In this document: one piece after another, positions 39,670-52,618 of the stretch | Numbering within the stretch: position 1 is the stretch's first letter | Layout: every line of letters starts with the position of its first letter | NCBI GenBank assembly: GCA_016748015.1 | Contig: JAAOMT010000468.1 | Location: 434,001-498,000, forward strand | Source: Geosiphon pyriformis uo1 | Lineage: Eukaryota; Fungi; Glomeromycota | Direction of reading: 5' to 3' | DNA: 64,000 nucleotides | The notes under the pieces: model-generated | Databases searched by the model: none | Seen by the model: the letters and a program-made list of their open reading frames with translations, nothing else | Told to the model about the DNA's origin: nothing | Position numbers and translations under genes: made by a program

Positions 39670-40536
39670 ATGCTTTTTAAATTATTTAAAAACTTCATAC
39701 TACTCACCAGTTTTGCTTATGTTACATCGGCTATGTATTCTGATATATTTTATCTTGACTCTGCTCGCGACCCCCAACATACGCTCGACCTTTATATACC
39801 ACCCATAAACAATAATAACAACTCAGTCAGTCGTCCACCTATTTTGGTTTTCGTTCACGGAGGTGCTTGGTACAGTGGAGATAAAAAAGATAACAGCGAT
39901 TTATTGGAAAAACTTTCAACCATCGGGAATATAGCAGTTGCTTCTGTCAATTATCGTTTAACCAGTAAAGAAAATGGTATAAAGAACCCTGCACATGTAC
40001 AAGATGCAGCAGCAGCAGTGAAATGGGTCTCTCAAAATGGGGATAAATATGGGTACCAGGAAGATAAAATTTATCTTTCTGGTCATAGTGCCGGTGGATT
40101 TATAACAGCACAACTAATCTTTTTGCCAGAATATCTTGGAAATTTAGATCCAGATATTTCAAACCGGCTTCGTGGAGTAATTGGCATTCAAGGGGTTTAT
40201 GACATCCCGAACTTTCTACGAAGTGACGAGAGATATGAGCAAATTGTAATACCGGCCTTTGGAGAAGATGAATCATTACAAAGAGCAGCTTCTCCTCAAT
40301 ATCAACCTGATTCCACGAAACCTAAAATTATTTCTCCTCCCTATTTGATCATTCACTCTCTTGACGATACGCTTGTCAGATTGGATCAAGCAGAAAATTT
40401 TTATCAACATATTCTTGATCAAGGAGCTGCAACATCAAATGTACAGCTTGAAACCTCTTTAAAAGGAGATCATTATGAGATTCTAAAAACCGATGCATTA
40501 ATTCATAGAATGGTCCAATTTATTTCAAACAGTTGA
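39670..40536 (+). CDS. Alpha/beta hydrolase (HSL-like esterase / kynurenine formamidase-like) with probable signal peptide, intronless
   Basis: Intact 288-aa ORF; HGGAW oxyanion loop, GHSAG nucleophile elbow, HSLDD and GDH for the catalytic Asp/His; hydrophobic N-terminus. Confidence 0.9.
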   Translation: MLFKLFKNFILLTSFAYVTSAMYSDIFYLDSARDPQHTLDLYIPPINNNNNSVSRPPILVFVHGGAWYSGDKKDNSDLLEKLSTIGNIAVASVNYRLTSKENGIKNPAHVQDAAAAVKWVSQNGDKYGYQEDKIYLSGHSAGGFITAQLIFLPEYLGNLDPDISNRLRGVIGIQGVYDIPNFLRSDERYEQIVIPAFGEDESLQRAASPQYQPDSTKPKIISPPYLIIHSLDDTLVRLDQAENFYQHILDQGAATSNVQLETSLKGDHYEILKTDALIHRMVQFISNS

Positions 40537-40827
40537 AATTTTTGATATGAAATTTTTTTTAGATTAACTTCTGTATGAAGCTTTAATACCAAGAATTGGT
40601 TATTTGATAGTGTGTTGCAGTAAGAATATTAAATCTCGATGTTATCGGCCATTTATCATGGTAACTTGGAAAACATGCTTATTTTTATCACTGGGTGACG
40701 ATGAAATTCCAAAGGGGGTAATCAGTTATAGGGAACTTTGTTGATTATTTCTTATTGTAGTGAATGCGTTAACATCCTTTACCACAGAAAGAACCCGTAA
40801 ATCTTTGAATTCACAGTGTAATCAACA

Positions 40828-43800
40828 ATGACTCAACCTTTTAAAGTAACACCGGCTTCGCAAATGGTGGTAGAGGATACTGGTATTTCCTCGAAATTTG
40901 AAGTTTAACTTCTCAAGTTTGAAAGGAATTTTGTTGAAAAGGTTAAATTTGATTTTTTTTAATAGCCAAAGTAATGGACCGAACTTGGGAAACCATTCAA
41001 GAGAAAACCTTTACAAAATGGTGCGAAAGCTCTGATATTATATAGAAATTGGATTTATGTATTTATACGGAAATTTTTCTCAGAGGCGCAACCTTTTAGT
41101 AGATGATAGTTTGGTTCCAAATTATCAAATCACTTTGTAAAAGAATATCGGGCCTTTTTTCGTGCTTCTTCTTTTCAATGGAAACAATCTTTATGATGGT
41201 CATCTCCGCATTTGAAAATTTCACAATACATGATCCAATATATGCTTTTAAAAAAATTAGAAATCTCACAAACCTTCATTCAGACTTCTAATTAATGATT
41301 CCCTTTTAATAATCAATAAATTTTTTTAATTTCATATTTTAAAATCTCAATTCCTCTAGGGTGAACAGCAAGCTTGCTCTCAAGACGATACCCCCAATCG
41401 GTGATCTAAATTCAGAGATGTCAGATGGCGTGCGTCTGATTCAACTTTTGGTGAGCTATCTTTGTCTCGCCCGATCACCTAAAAAGCCAATCTTCGTGCC
41501 ATGAAGTGTGAAGACGGTTTGATGTCTTTTTACGTTATGCTAGGTGGTTTTGGGATGTGGCATTATTAGTATAGATATTTTGAAAAAGAATAACAATAGA
41601 CGATATTGGTGCGATGAAAGAGAAGCTATTTGTCGACTTTCTTTTTTATTCCGAGATTCCCATAATGAATATCTTTATAGAATTCATCGATCCTGAAATA
41701 TTTCTTTAATCAATAATCAAATATTTCGATATTTTTCAATAGGAAATTATCGGAGACATATCTTTTGGCAAATATAACAAAAATCCAAGAATGCGTATTC
41801 AAAAGGTGGAAAATGTAAATAAGGCTTTAGAATTTATAAAGCATCGTAATGTTTCTCTGACTAATATTGGTGCTGAAGGTAAACTACACTATCATCAAAT
41901 TCAAAGGGACGAAACTAATCAATCTCTTTAATATTATCGGGATGATACAACATAAGTTTAATGAATTTCATATTTTTTCTAATATTAATTCTTGAAATTT
42001 CTAGATATCGTTGATACCAATTTAAAACTTATACTCGGAATGATTTGGACCATTATCTTAAGATTTACAATTGCCGATATAAGGTGTCTTATAAGTGACC
42101 TTCAATTTATTGTACCAATTTCGATTTTAAATCCTTGTCGATGGTTTTTTGTTTTATTACAGTGAAGCCGGTCTCACGGCTAAGGAGGGTCTCTTGCTAT
42201 GGTGTCAACGCAAGACTGCCCCGTATTCTGATGTTAATGTACGCGACTTCACCTATAGGTATTCCGAATTGCGTATCACCTAGAAAAAATATAAAATTTC
42301 AATTTACATTGATAAACTTTTTCCTTTTCATCAATACTAAGTTGGTCGGATGGCTTGGCTTTGTAAGTGAGGTTGTTTGATTTATTTTTAAGATTTCCAT
42401 CGAATTATTTTTCAATATGAATTCATTATATGTTTTATTGAACAGTTGTGCTTTAATTCATCGACATCGTCCCGATTTACTTGATTACCACGCGTTAGAC
42501 AAGGTGAATACACTTAATGAGTTAACAGCCTTGAAGTAATTTCAAGAAAATTTTTTCATTCATCAAAAATTTCTCAATCTATCCAGGGTGATCGTCATAG
42601 GAATACCGCCCTGGCATTTGATGTTGCTCAAAAACATCTTGAAATCCCTGTAAATCAAATAATTTGATCATGATCCATTTTCTTTTAATTTGAATTCCAC
42701 TTGAGATGCTGAAATGTTTTTGACATCCATAATTAGAAACTTTTGGATGTTGAGGATGTTTGCGATATTTCAAAGCCTGATGAACGTTCAATAATGACAT
42801 ATGTAGCTCAATACTTTCATGCTTTTTCAGCATTAGGTAAGACTAATCATTTATCTTGGTTAGATGGTAAATAGTAGATGATATTTACATCCAATTTTGT
42901 CTCTTATAGACAAAGTTGAAATTGCCGGCCGAAGAGTAGCCAAATTTGCTGAAGTGATGCAGTCAGTTTGGGATATGGAACATGATTATGAACGACGTGT
43001 GAAAAAGGTTTGAACATATTCCAATATCCCCTCATATATCTTTCAATTTTTTATTTTCTTTGATAATCAGCTTTTTTTCTTTCACTCCCCCTCCCCACTC
43101 CAAAAAAAAACATTCATCAGTTAATGCAAGATGTAGCCGACCGGAAATCTATTTGGGGGAATGCAAGGTTTGATAGTACCTATGCTGATGCTAAACGTCA
43201 ATCGGCGGAATTTATTCAGTACAAAAGTAGCGAGAAAAGAGCTTGGGTAGCTGCTAAACGTGATCTCGATACTTTGCTCGGAAATGTTCAAACAAAGCTC
43301 AAGACTTATGGTTTGCATCCATACAATCCTCCTCCTGGACTTACATTAGCAGATTTGGATAAAGTATGGCAGGGATTATTGGCTGCTGAAGTGCAACGTT
43401 ATAAATCGATCAATGATAAAATTCGAGAGCAAGTACTTCTTTAACAAATCTCTCCATGTTTAATCATTTCATACTCACAGTCCTTAAATTTAAAAACTTT
43501 ATTTAAAAAGTATCAAGGAAAACCTACGAAAATCCTTTGCAGAGTCGGCGAACAGTTTTGTCAAAAGTTTAGACTCGATTTCCAATTCCCTGGCAAACTT
43601 GGACGGAGAATTAGATGTGGGTTTTGGATATAAATAAAATGATTTAAGCTAGGAAAGAATTCATGTTCCTTTTTTCTTTAATTAAAAATATATAGGCACA
43701 ATTACACACTGTCAAGGGTCTTTCTGCCAAACTGGGCCCACTTGAGCAATCATTAATTCGGATTCAAGCAATAGATACGCAGTGTCGAGAAGCTAACATC

Positions 43801-44593
43801 GAAGAAAATGATTATACGGTCTTCTCTGTAGATGACCTGCAGTTTGAATTGGGTCTGGTACAACAAGCCGTCACTAAGAAATCTTCGTTCATCGAGAATC
43901 AAGTATGTAATCTTCCTTAGGGTCTGGTAGCATGATCTTTCAAAGATCGCATCATCTCTAATCCCTTTTCCTTTGCAGATTGTTTCCAGAAATATGACTA
44001 ATCTGACGCCTGGCCAGCTCGAAGAATTCGAAAGTACTTTCCGGCACTTTGACAAAGATTCATCAAACACTTTAAATCTTTTCGAATTTAGCGCGGCATT
44101 GGCCAGTTTGGGATTTTTCTATCCGGTAATTTTTTTAAATAGATTTGATAATATTCTTTTTTATTTTACTCATCTGAGCTCCTCGGTATCCTTCCCTCTA
44201 ATCAATAATAAAGGAAGATGAATTGGGTAGTGTTTTCAATCAGCTTTCAGAGGGAACCGAAGAGGCTTCATTCGAACAGGTCAGGAGGAACCTTTGTAGG
44301 ATATGAAATTTTCAAATCATGCAAACACATATATTGATTTTTGTTCCGATATCTAGTTTATTCTTTACATGGTCAATGTAACTGAAGATAAGACTTCTCC
44401 TGATCAACTTCGGCAATCATTCAAAGTTGTGGCCGGTGATAAACCCTATGTAACTGAGCTCGATTTAAAGAGGTCTTTATTGCCGGGTAATGTAGTTTCA
44501 TATCTGAAGGAGACTATGCCGCAGAAAGAGGGTTTAGCGGAAGGTTATGATTATTCAAAATATTTAGATCAAGTTTTCCGAACTAGAAAGTAA
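40828..44593 (+). CDS. ain1: Alpha-actinin (2 CH domains, 2 spectrin repeats, EF-hands), multi-exon
   Basis: [91 protein letters not shown]. Exons join in frame. First exon 40828-40882 is inferred; alternative ATG at 40974. Confidence 0.93.
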
Positions 44594-45190
44594 AATATAC
44601 TACCATTCTGTTTGGGCAATGGGGAAATGATAAAAATCAAGGGTGTACGTGATATTATGTATGTAAAACTAACGCTTATGGGGGATGTGCAGTTTCTTTA
44701 TGTATAATACATCAGATCAAAAATCAAAAAAACGCATCAATGAATTTAGAAAAATAAATGTATATCTCGGAATCCCTCGTTCCAGATGAACATAAAAGCA
44801 GCAGTGACAAAGAAATTTGATACTAAATTTCAAAAACAAGAATTTGAATTGGGCCTCAAGTTCTTTTTCAGTAAAGAAATGAAGCATAATTATAGATATC
44901 AATAAAATGCTTATGAACCATAGAAGGCCAATATTATGAAAATACGTTACAGTTAAATGTCATTTGTTTTTGAAAAGGCGGTAGCAATGCAGCAACCACA
45001 TTTTGTATGTATTAGATAGCCTCATAAGTTTCCTTTATAAAAAAAGAAAATGAAATATTATATAACAACATAGTAATAATCCAAAATTGTTAACCAAAAT
45101 TTCCTAAAGTATAAAATAAAGGTAAGAATATGAAAATAAATTTATACAAGATTGGGAGCGTTGCTGACATATTGGATTGTTCTAGGCTCC

Positions 45191-46775
45191 TCAAACAAAA
45201 ATAGGCTCATGATGAATTGGTTGCACATTCTCGGACACGAAAATTTTGACGCCTTCCCGTTTGAGTTTTTCAGCGCGAACTTGGGATAAAAACTCCTCAA
45301 ATAAATACTCGGTATCTTGGGGTCCTCCTTTGGCCTCAGGATGGAATTGAACAGACCGTACAGGTCTGCTAATATGTCTGATACCTTCATTTGATCCATC
45401 ATTTGCGTTAACAAAGAATTTCTCCCAACCGTTAGGCATAATGTCATCTTTGAGAGCATAACCTAGAATATTCAAATGGAATTATTTCAATCAATGAAAA
45501 CAAATTTATTCAAAGGATGAAAAAACAATAAGGCATAAATTACCATGATTCTGAGAAGTGATAGAACAGTTCCCATTAGTCATATCAATGGCGGGTACAT
45601 TGTGACCGCGATTACCGAATCGTAATTTGTAAACGTCAAGCCCGGCAGCCATTCCAAGTAAAAGGTTACCCATACAAATACCGAAAATTGGTTTATGATA
45701 CGATTCCAAGGTCTTTCGAAGGATCCTTACAGTTTCAGCTGCCTTATTTGGATTTCCTGGTCCATTTGAAATGAAAAGCCCGTCAAATTGGTCAGAAATC
45801 TTGGTAAAATCGAAATCCCATGGAAGTACCGTAACACTTGCACCACGGTTGACAAGGGAACGCAGAATATTTTGCTTAACACCACAGTCTAAAAGGTATA
45901 GAAAGGAAAACATCAGTATTAGTTTGGGATTGAAATATATAATAAAAACACCTTTAGAAATACAAACCAATTATTGCAATTTTAATATCACCGAAAGGAT
46001 TGAAGGAATATGGGACCCGAGTTGAAACCTCGGCAACAAGATTTCTCAAGTTAGGGTCAAGGAAATTTACATGCGAAATATCATCATTGAGCGCCTCCTC
46101 GCCAACATCAAGTTTCGCAAGGGTTGAGCCTTGTTCTCTTAAGATATGAACAATAGCTCTGGTGTCAACCCCAGAGATAGCAGGGACGCCATGCCTTGCG
46201 CACCAGTCCCCCAACGATTCAACGGCGGTCCAGTGAGAGTATTTTGTGGCATAGTCGTTTACGACAATGGCCTCCACTTGAATACGATCCGATTCAAAAT
46301 ATCGGATGAGACCATATTCATCCTTAAAGAGACCTGGTACACCATAATTACCTATTCAAAAAGTGTGCAATGATAACAATAAATAAAAGTATCTACAAAT
46401 TGCCGGGTGAGAGCCATTGTCAAAATTCGAAATAAACAACCCACCAACGAGAGGCTGAGTGAAGGTTAGAATTTGTCCACGATAGGATGGATCAGTCATG
46501 GACTCGGGGTAACCCACCAAAGAAGTAGTAAATACAGCTTCACCAGCAATTGAGCTGTGCGCACCAAAAGATGTTCCTTGAAAGATCTGACCAGTCTTTA
46601 GTTTCAAAGCAGCTGGAACTGATCGAGGAGAGCCCTGGGCATATGGCACGGCTGGAGGAGCGTGCTGAACAACACTATGATCAGTAACAGTGGCCAGACC
46701 ACGATTAAAGATCAGAGGTTTGGAGTACACTTTAGAGGAGGCCAAGAGTCGAGAAAAGGGGATTGATCGGAGCAT
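45191..46775 (-). CDS. CPA1: Arginine-specific carbamoyl-phosphate synthase small subunit, mitochondrial precursor, 4 exons
   Basis: [59 protein letters not shown]; basic N-terminal presequence. Confidence 0.96.
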
Positions 46776-46966
46776 TTTTTAGAGTTGGGTTAAAAAAGAG
46801 TAACTAGGTAATAATTGGTTATCTTTAGATATTACTATGAGGATGGTTTCGTATTTTTTCTGTTTTCTTGAGGAAATTATACAAGCTAAGTAGATTTGAT
46901 TAATTAAGTCCTATAAAAAATATTATTCCAGTATGATAGATTTGTGATGAAAAGAAAACTCGTGCT

Positions 46967-47177
46967 TTAAAATCCGACTGTTGAAGTTTTCCAAACTGTG
47001 GCAGTGAAAGGAAAAATAAAAAATGCATGTTAATTTTCAAAATCATTTCAAATAAGAAAAGGTGAGGTTAATGTAAAGACAATAATGGGACTAGAAGGAC
47101 TTTGGAGATTGGGTCTTCGTAGACGTACCTTGGTGAGCAATATAATCAGCGGCAGTAGTGTCACTATAGGGTTGCAT
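46967..47177 (-). CDS. Arginine attenuator peptide uORF (25 aa, one intron): MQPYSDTTAADYIAHQVWKTSTVGF
   Basis: Exon 1 47177-47129, GTACGT...CAG intron 47128-46996, exon 2 46995-46967. DYI...WKTS matches yeast CPA1 AAP DYISDHIWKTS. Confidence 0.9.
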
Positions 47178-47895
47178 GTGGTGTTAATGAAAACTGAACT
47201 ATAGAAGGGTATGAAAGGTAGTTCCCTTATAATAAGAAACTACAAAAGGACCACGACTAGTTGTTTTAATTAGAAAAAGCGGATGGATAAATTGATGGAT
47301 GGGATGGAATAACGCTACTAGATATTTCTTTTATTAGTGTCGCCCCAAGGATGTGTGAGAAAAAGAGATGAAAGATGTGATATTCTTGGTGAATAAGATA
47401 ATAAAAATTTTTGTGTTCGTAAAAACCAACAAAAATCTGATTACATTAACATTGGGTAACCAATCAGACTGTAGAATGATAATCCATCATTAAATTATTT
47501 TATATGATGTCATATTGATGGTTTTGATCAACTTAAAAAAAGCATACAATGCAAAGATTTGTAATATTGGCGTCAAAAAGGATCTTGAATGAATCTATTG
47601 GCGGATCACATGGAAAGCATTTCGATTAAAAAGATAGGAAGCATCATTTATCTATTATCTTTTGATGATCTAGGAAACGTGGGAAATGATAATTATTCAG
47701 GGTGAAGTAACAATAACCTATATAATTTTTACAGTTCGCCATAATTGGTAAGGTTAAAAATTCCAATGGTGAATAATATCCTCGATTCACTTTGAAAAAT
47801 GATCAAGTTAATTTATGAGACCATCTGTTTGTATTTCTCCCTTGCCAAAGAATTTCTGTAATTTGGTTATGGTTTATCTCAATTGATCAAAGAAA

Positions 47896-47934
<39 letters not shown>
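47896..47934. repeat. (ATT)n microsatellite
   Basis: Direct inspection. Confidence 0.9.
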
Positions 47935-48506
47935 GATCAAGAAGATTATTATTATATGATCAAAAAATTTATCAGTATTATTGATCAAGTATGTTATCGA
48001 TGACATAAATTGATAAAAATGAAATCAGGGAAAATTTTGGTTGAACAAAATTAATCAATTATATGTGGTAATTTTAATTCAATAAAATAATAATAATATG
48101 TTTTATGAGTTCTTTACTTTATTTGAACTTTTTTTAACTAATTTTTGCTTGGTACAAAATTAGTTAAGTTATTCGCAAACAAAAAATCAACCCAATATCG
48201 AAGAAAAGATTAATAAAAGCAAAGTTAATATATTGTTTAGCTGAAATAATATTTTTTAATCTTCTTAATTAATTTTTAAAGTTTCTATTTATTTATTTTT
48301 AAAAGCTAAAAAATATTGATAAAATTTATTATGTTTTTTTAGTTTTTTTTTTCATTCAGTATAATAATGATAATTAATTAACCAAATCAGTTTTGATATA
48401 AAATTTTAAATTAGATATTTTTTTAATTTAAAATAAATATAACATTATAATATTTTCAATAAAAATTTTTAATACTGAAAATAAATTTTTATTATTTTAA
48501 ATATTA

Positions 48507-48705
48507 CCCGTAGTCGGCGTATGTTTTTTTCTGGTTTGGATGGTCATGTCAGTGTTATGATAGGTGTGTAGTGTAGCCTTGGCCGGCTTGAGTGGCTGGT
48601 CACGTGTAGCAAGAGCATGAGTCGCACTTAGTTGTAAATCCTTTGTTGTTTATGTATGCTAGGTAGCGATTGGGCCGCACTCGTAAAACGTGTAATAATA
48701 AAAAA
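48507..48705 (+). mobile_element. Extremely 5'-truncated LINE insertion (~200 bp), CpG-rich
   Basis: Last codons of ORF2 (RSRRMFFSGLDGHVSVMIGV*) plus the complete 3' tail; flanks AAATATTA/AAATATCA. Confidence 0.85.
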
Positions 48706-50545
48706 TATCAAGTTAGAAATTAATTAATCAAATTTTAAATTAATTAATTAATTATTACAAGTTAATAAAATAAAAATCTATTTTAAAAACTTAATTTTTT
48801 TTATAATTAATATTACTTTAAAATTTATAATTTTAACTAATATTTTGAAATTAATTAATTACTAATTTTAGTTATTCTAAATTTAAACAGGAAATTTTTT
48901 TTTTGTTAAAATATATTTTTTATTTTCTTATATTATTAAAAAATTTACAGTCAAAATTTTTCATAGAAAAATTGACATTTATAATAAAATAATTACATAT
49001 TGTTGAAGAGCTTATAATTAAAAATTCTGCAAAAAAATTGATTTTTATTACAAAATAACTACACAAAATAATTAACATAAAATTAATTATTCTATTATAA
49101 GTTTAATAGCATAAATAATTCAAAATATAAAAAAATACTTTGAAAATAAAATAGCTTATTAAAGAGTTAATAACTTTTATTAACAATAAAATTAATATTA
49201 ACAATATTAAAAAAATAAGTAAAATTTTTGGTAATTTTGGTGTTTCTTGTTAAAAATTTAACATAGCAAAAATAAATTTAAATAATAATAATTACTTTTA
49301 ATACAACAATTCTAAAGTATTACTAATTAATTTATATTTATTATAAACAAAAATTTGATATTTTAAATAAAATTGTGATTTTAAAGAAAATATTTTATCA
49401 ATATTTTGAAAATTAAATTAATAATTATTTATTTAAAAACTATAATATTTTTAAAAATTAAACATAATTTTTATAAAAATTTTACATATTATTTACATAA
49501 AAAACCAAAAAATTGCAATTATAAAATACTTTATATTTATTTTTAAAAACTATTATGTTAATTATTATTATAAATAATTATTTAAATAAAATATTATAAT
49601 ATTAATCTTTAAAAATTTTGTTAATTTTAAAGATTTTTTAATCTATTTAAAAGTTTTAATGATTTTTTTTAAACATTTTACTTATAAAAAATTCTTTTTA
49701 TAAAAAACAAAAATAATAACAATAACAATAACAATAATAATAATAATAATAATATTTGTTAATAATTAATATTTAAATAAGTTATTTAACTGTTTTTAAC
49801 TATATTTAGTCTAATTTGAATTATTTAATTATAATTAATAAAATTTAGTATTGTTTTTTTATTTTTTTAATAATTTAACAATTTTTAATAAAATTAATTT
49901 TAAAATACACTTTTTTTTTATTAAGCTATTATAATATTAAATTATTTTATTATAATAGTCAAATTATTAAATTATTTTTGTATTTTTTTTAATTGTTTCT
50001 AAAATAATTACAAATTTTTTTAAAAAATAAAATAAAAAAATTAATATTTTGTTAATTGTTATAATTAAAAGCAATTAGTTCAAGTTATTAAAATTTTAAA
50101 AATATTATGGAAATTGTATTTAGTCTTAAACAGAAAAAAAAACAAGTAAATTTTAATAAAAAAAAACTAAAATTCAACTTTGGTTTTAATATTAATAAAT
50201 ATAAATATTTTGATTAAAAAATTGATTTTAAAGACTTTAAAATATTTTTTTTTACTTAAATTAAATTTACTTATATATATATATATATATATTGTTTTAT
50301 AAAATTATTTTTAAAAACTTATTATTTTATATTTTTTATTATTATTAATTATAAATATTATTTAATATTATAATTAGCTATTTGGTATTATTATATATTA
50401 TTTTATGTTATTATATATTATTACATATTAATTAATTATTTTTTTGTAATTAATTATTTTTTTTATTTAAATAATACTAATAAAATCTTTTTACTTTAAA
50501 CAAAACCAATTTTATATTAATAAAATTAGAATTTATATTTATTAT

Positions 50546-51931
50546 TTTTTTTTTATTCCATTTTATAAGTGAGGTCCAAACACTACCTAGAGCTATATAT
50601 CAAAGAAATAACATAAACTAAGCATAAATCATGCACTTTCTACATGTGACCAGCCACTCAGACCGATCAGGACAATACTACACAGCTATATGTATCAAAA
50701 CAGAATCACTAATACCAGAAAAGAAAAAACATTGTTTGTGAAAATCAAAATAAACACCAAGAGCTTCAGCCACACCAAGTAGTCTAACGATGCCAGCCGA
50801 GAATCTAGAAGCCGAGCCAGAGACCGAGATAGAAACTGAACCGTCAAGTGGGATGAGATTATTTTTTTCCATAAATGCATGATGCTTAACCTGAACCAAC
50901 CAAATATCATTCCTAAAAGCAAAACTAAGAGAATGTGCAAACTCAACAATATTTGAACTAGCAACCTTGTGAGATTTGAAAACAGAGACAGCTTCACGAA
51001 GCCACTCACTAAAAACAAAACCCTTTAAAGAGAGCCGTAAATACAGAGACATTAGAGGCACAAGAAAACAGCAATTGCAGCACACAGGAAGAAGAGAGAG
51101 ACAGGCCAGAAAGCACCATCCAAGACTTTGAACATGAATCCAGTATCTGAAGATGTGTAAAGCCATCAACCTTGCAGAAAAAAACATGATCTGACATCTC
51201 TACCTTACCACAATATAAGCACAACACGCTGGGGTATCTTCTGTTATACAAGCATTTACGAACAGCAACAGGTAGCCGGTAGTGCAATGTCTTTATGAAA
51301 AAACTGCACACATCCGCTGTGGGCTTGTTAGTGTGGCCAGCAGCCATATGTGAATCAGGATGTCATACCAGTGAGGAGCAAGACCAATCAACGTCCATGA
51401 ACAAACTGGCAGGCAGAAATTTAGAACCAGAACCGATCTCCCAGTGCGCACGACTAATGGAACAAAAAATATCACAAACAAAATGTTTAGAATTGCCAGA
51501 AACAGCCCCACCGTCTGCCAACAAAAAGCGCGCATACAATTGAGAAGGAAGAAACCAGCCCAAATGAAAGGAAGCCCCAGCTATAGTATCAGCATGTTCA
51601 TTTCCAATCACACCAGAGTGACCTTTCACTTTGTGCCATTCAACCATCAAATTTTTGCCACAAATAATGTTTACAATATGCTGGTGTTTGACTCAACAAC
51701 AGTTGCAAAAATCCAGACACACCAGACCCAATTCTGACTTGCAGACATCCAGAGCAGCTTGACTATCAGAAAACAGACAAACAAAACTAGAACGGAGAAC
51801 ACACTCCAGTGCTAGTGCAATAGCTTGCATTTCTGCCAAAGTAAAAAACAGCAGACCCGAAACTTCAACACCCAAACCCAGATCAATGTCACTAAAAAAA
51901 ACACCAGCCCCAGCCATGCAATTCTCGGTAC
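50546..51931 (-). mobile_element. 5'-truncated LINE (RNase H to poly(A))
   Basis: AEMQAIALALE, SDSQ, WHKVKGHSGVIGNE, CLYCGKVEMSDHVFFC; candidate TSD TATTTATTAT at 50536-50545 and 51932-51941. Confidence 0.92.
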
Positions 51932-52618
51932 TATTTATTATATTCTAAATATTTAAAGTTTTTAACTTTTTTAAAAAAAATTATAAATATAATAGTTTTA
52001 AAAACTTATTATTAAATTTTAATCTTAATTTTTTAATAATTTTTAACACTAAAAATTTTAACTTATTAAAATTATAAAACCAAGTTTTAACAAATATTTT
52101 ATTAACCAAAAAACACATAATCTTTTAAATAAAAGCTTATATTATATTTAAATTTAAATTTTTTTAAGTTTACTAAATTTTTTTGCCAAATTAACAATTT
52201 TAAATAATAAAATATTTTTAAACCAGACTTATTTAAAATTAATTCAAATATTTTTTTAAAATTAATATATTTTTTGGTGTTATTTTTATTAAAATTATTA
52301 TACAAAATTATTTATTTATATTATATTATATACAAATTAAATTAATTATTAAAAAAAATACATAAAATTTATTTTTGGCAAATATTATATTTAACTTTAA
52401 AAAAACCATATTAAAAAAACTTAAAAACTTAATTAATTTAGTTTTTAAAAAAATTGTATTTTAATTTTTATAATAAGTCAAATTTAATTTAGTTTATAAT
52501 AAATTAATATTTTTAAACACAAAAATAATATAATAAGTTTTTTTAATTTTTTTTTGGTTTTAAAATAAATAATAATATTTATTATTTTATTATTAATTAT
52601 AAATATATAATTAATAAT

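Noticed and set aside
48572-48695. Known ribozyme or tRNA-derived SINE
   Set aside because: No hammerhead CUGANGA core, HDV nested double pseudoknot or Pol III A/B boxes; the upstream bases encode the LINE ORF2 C-terminus.
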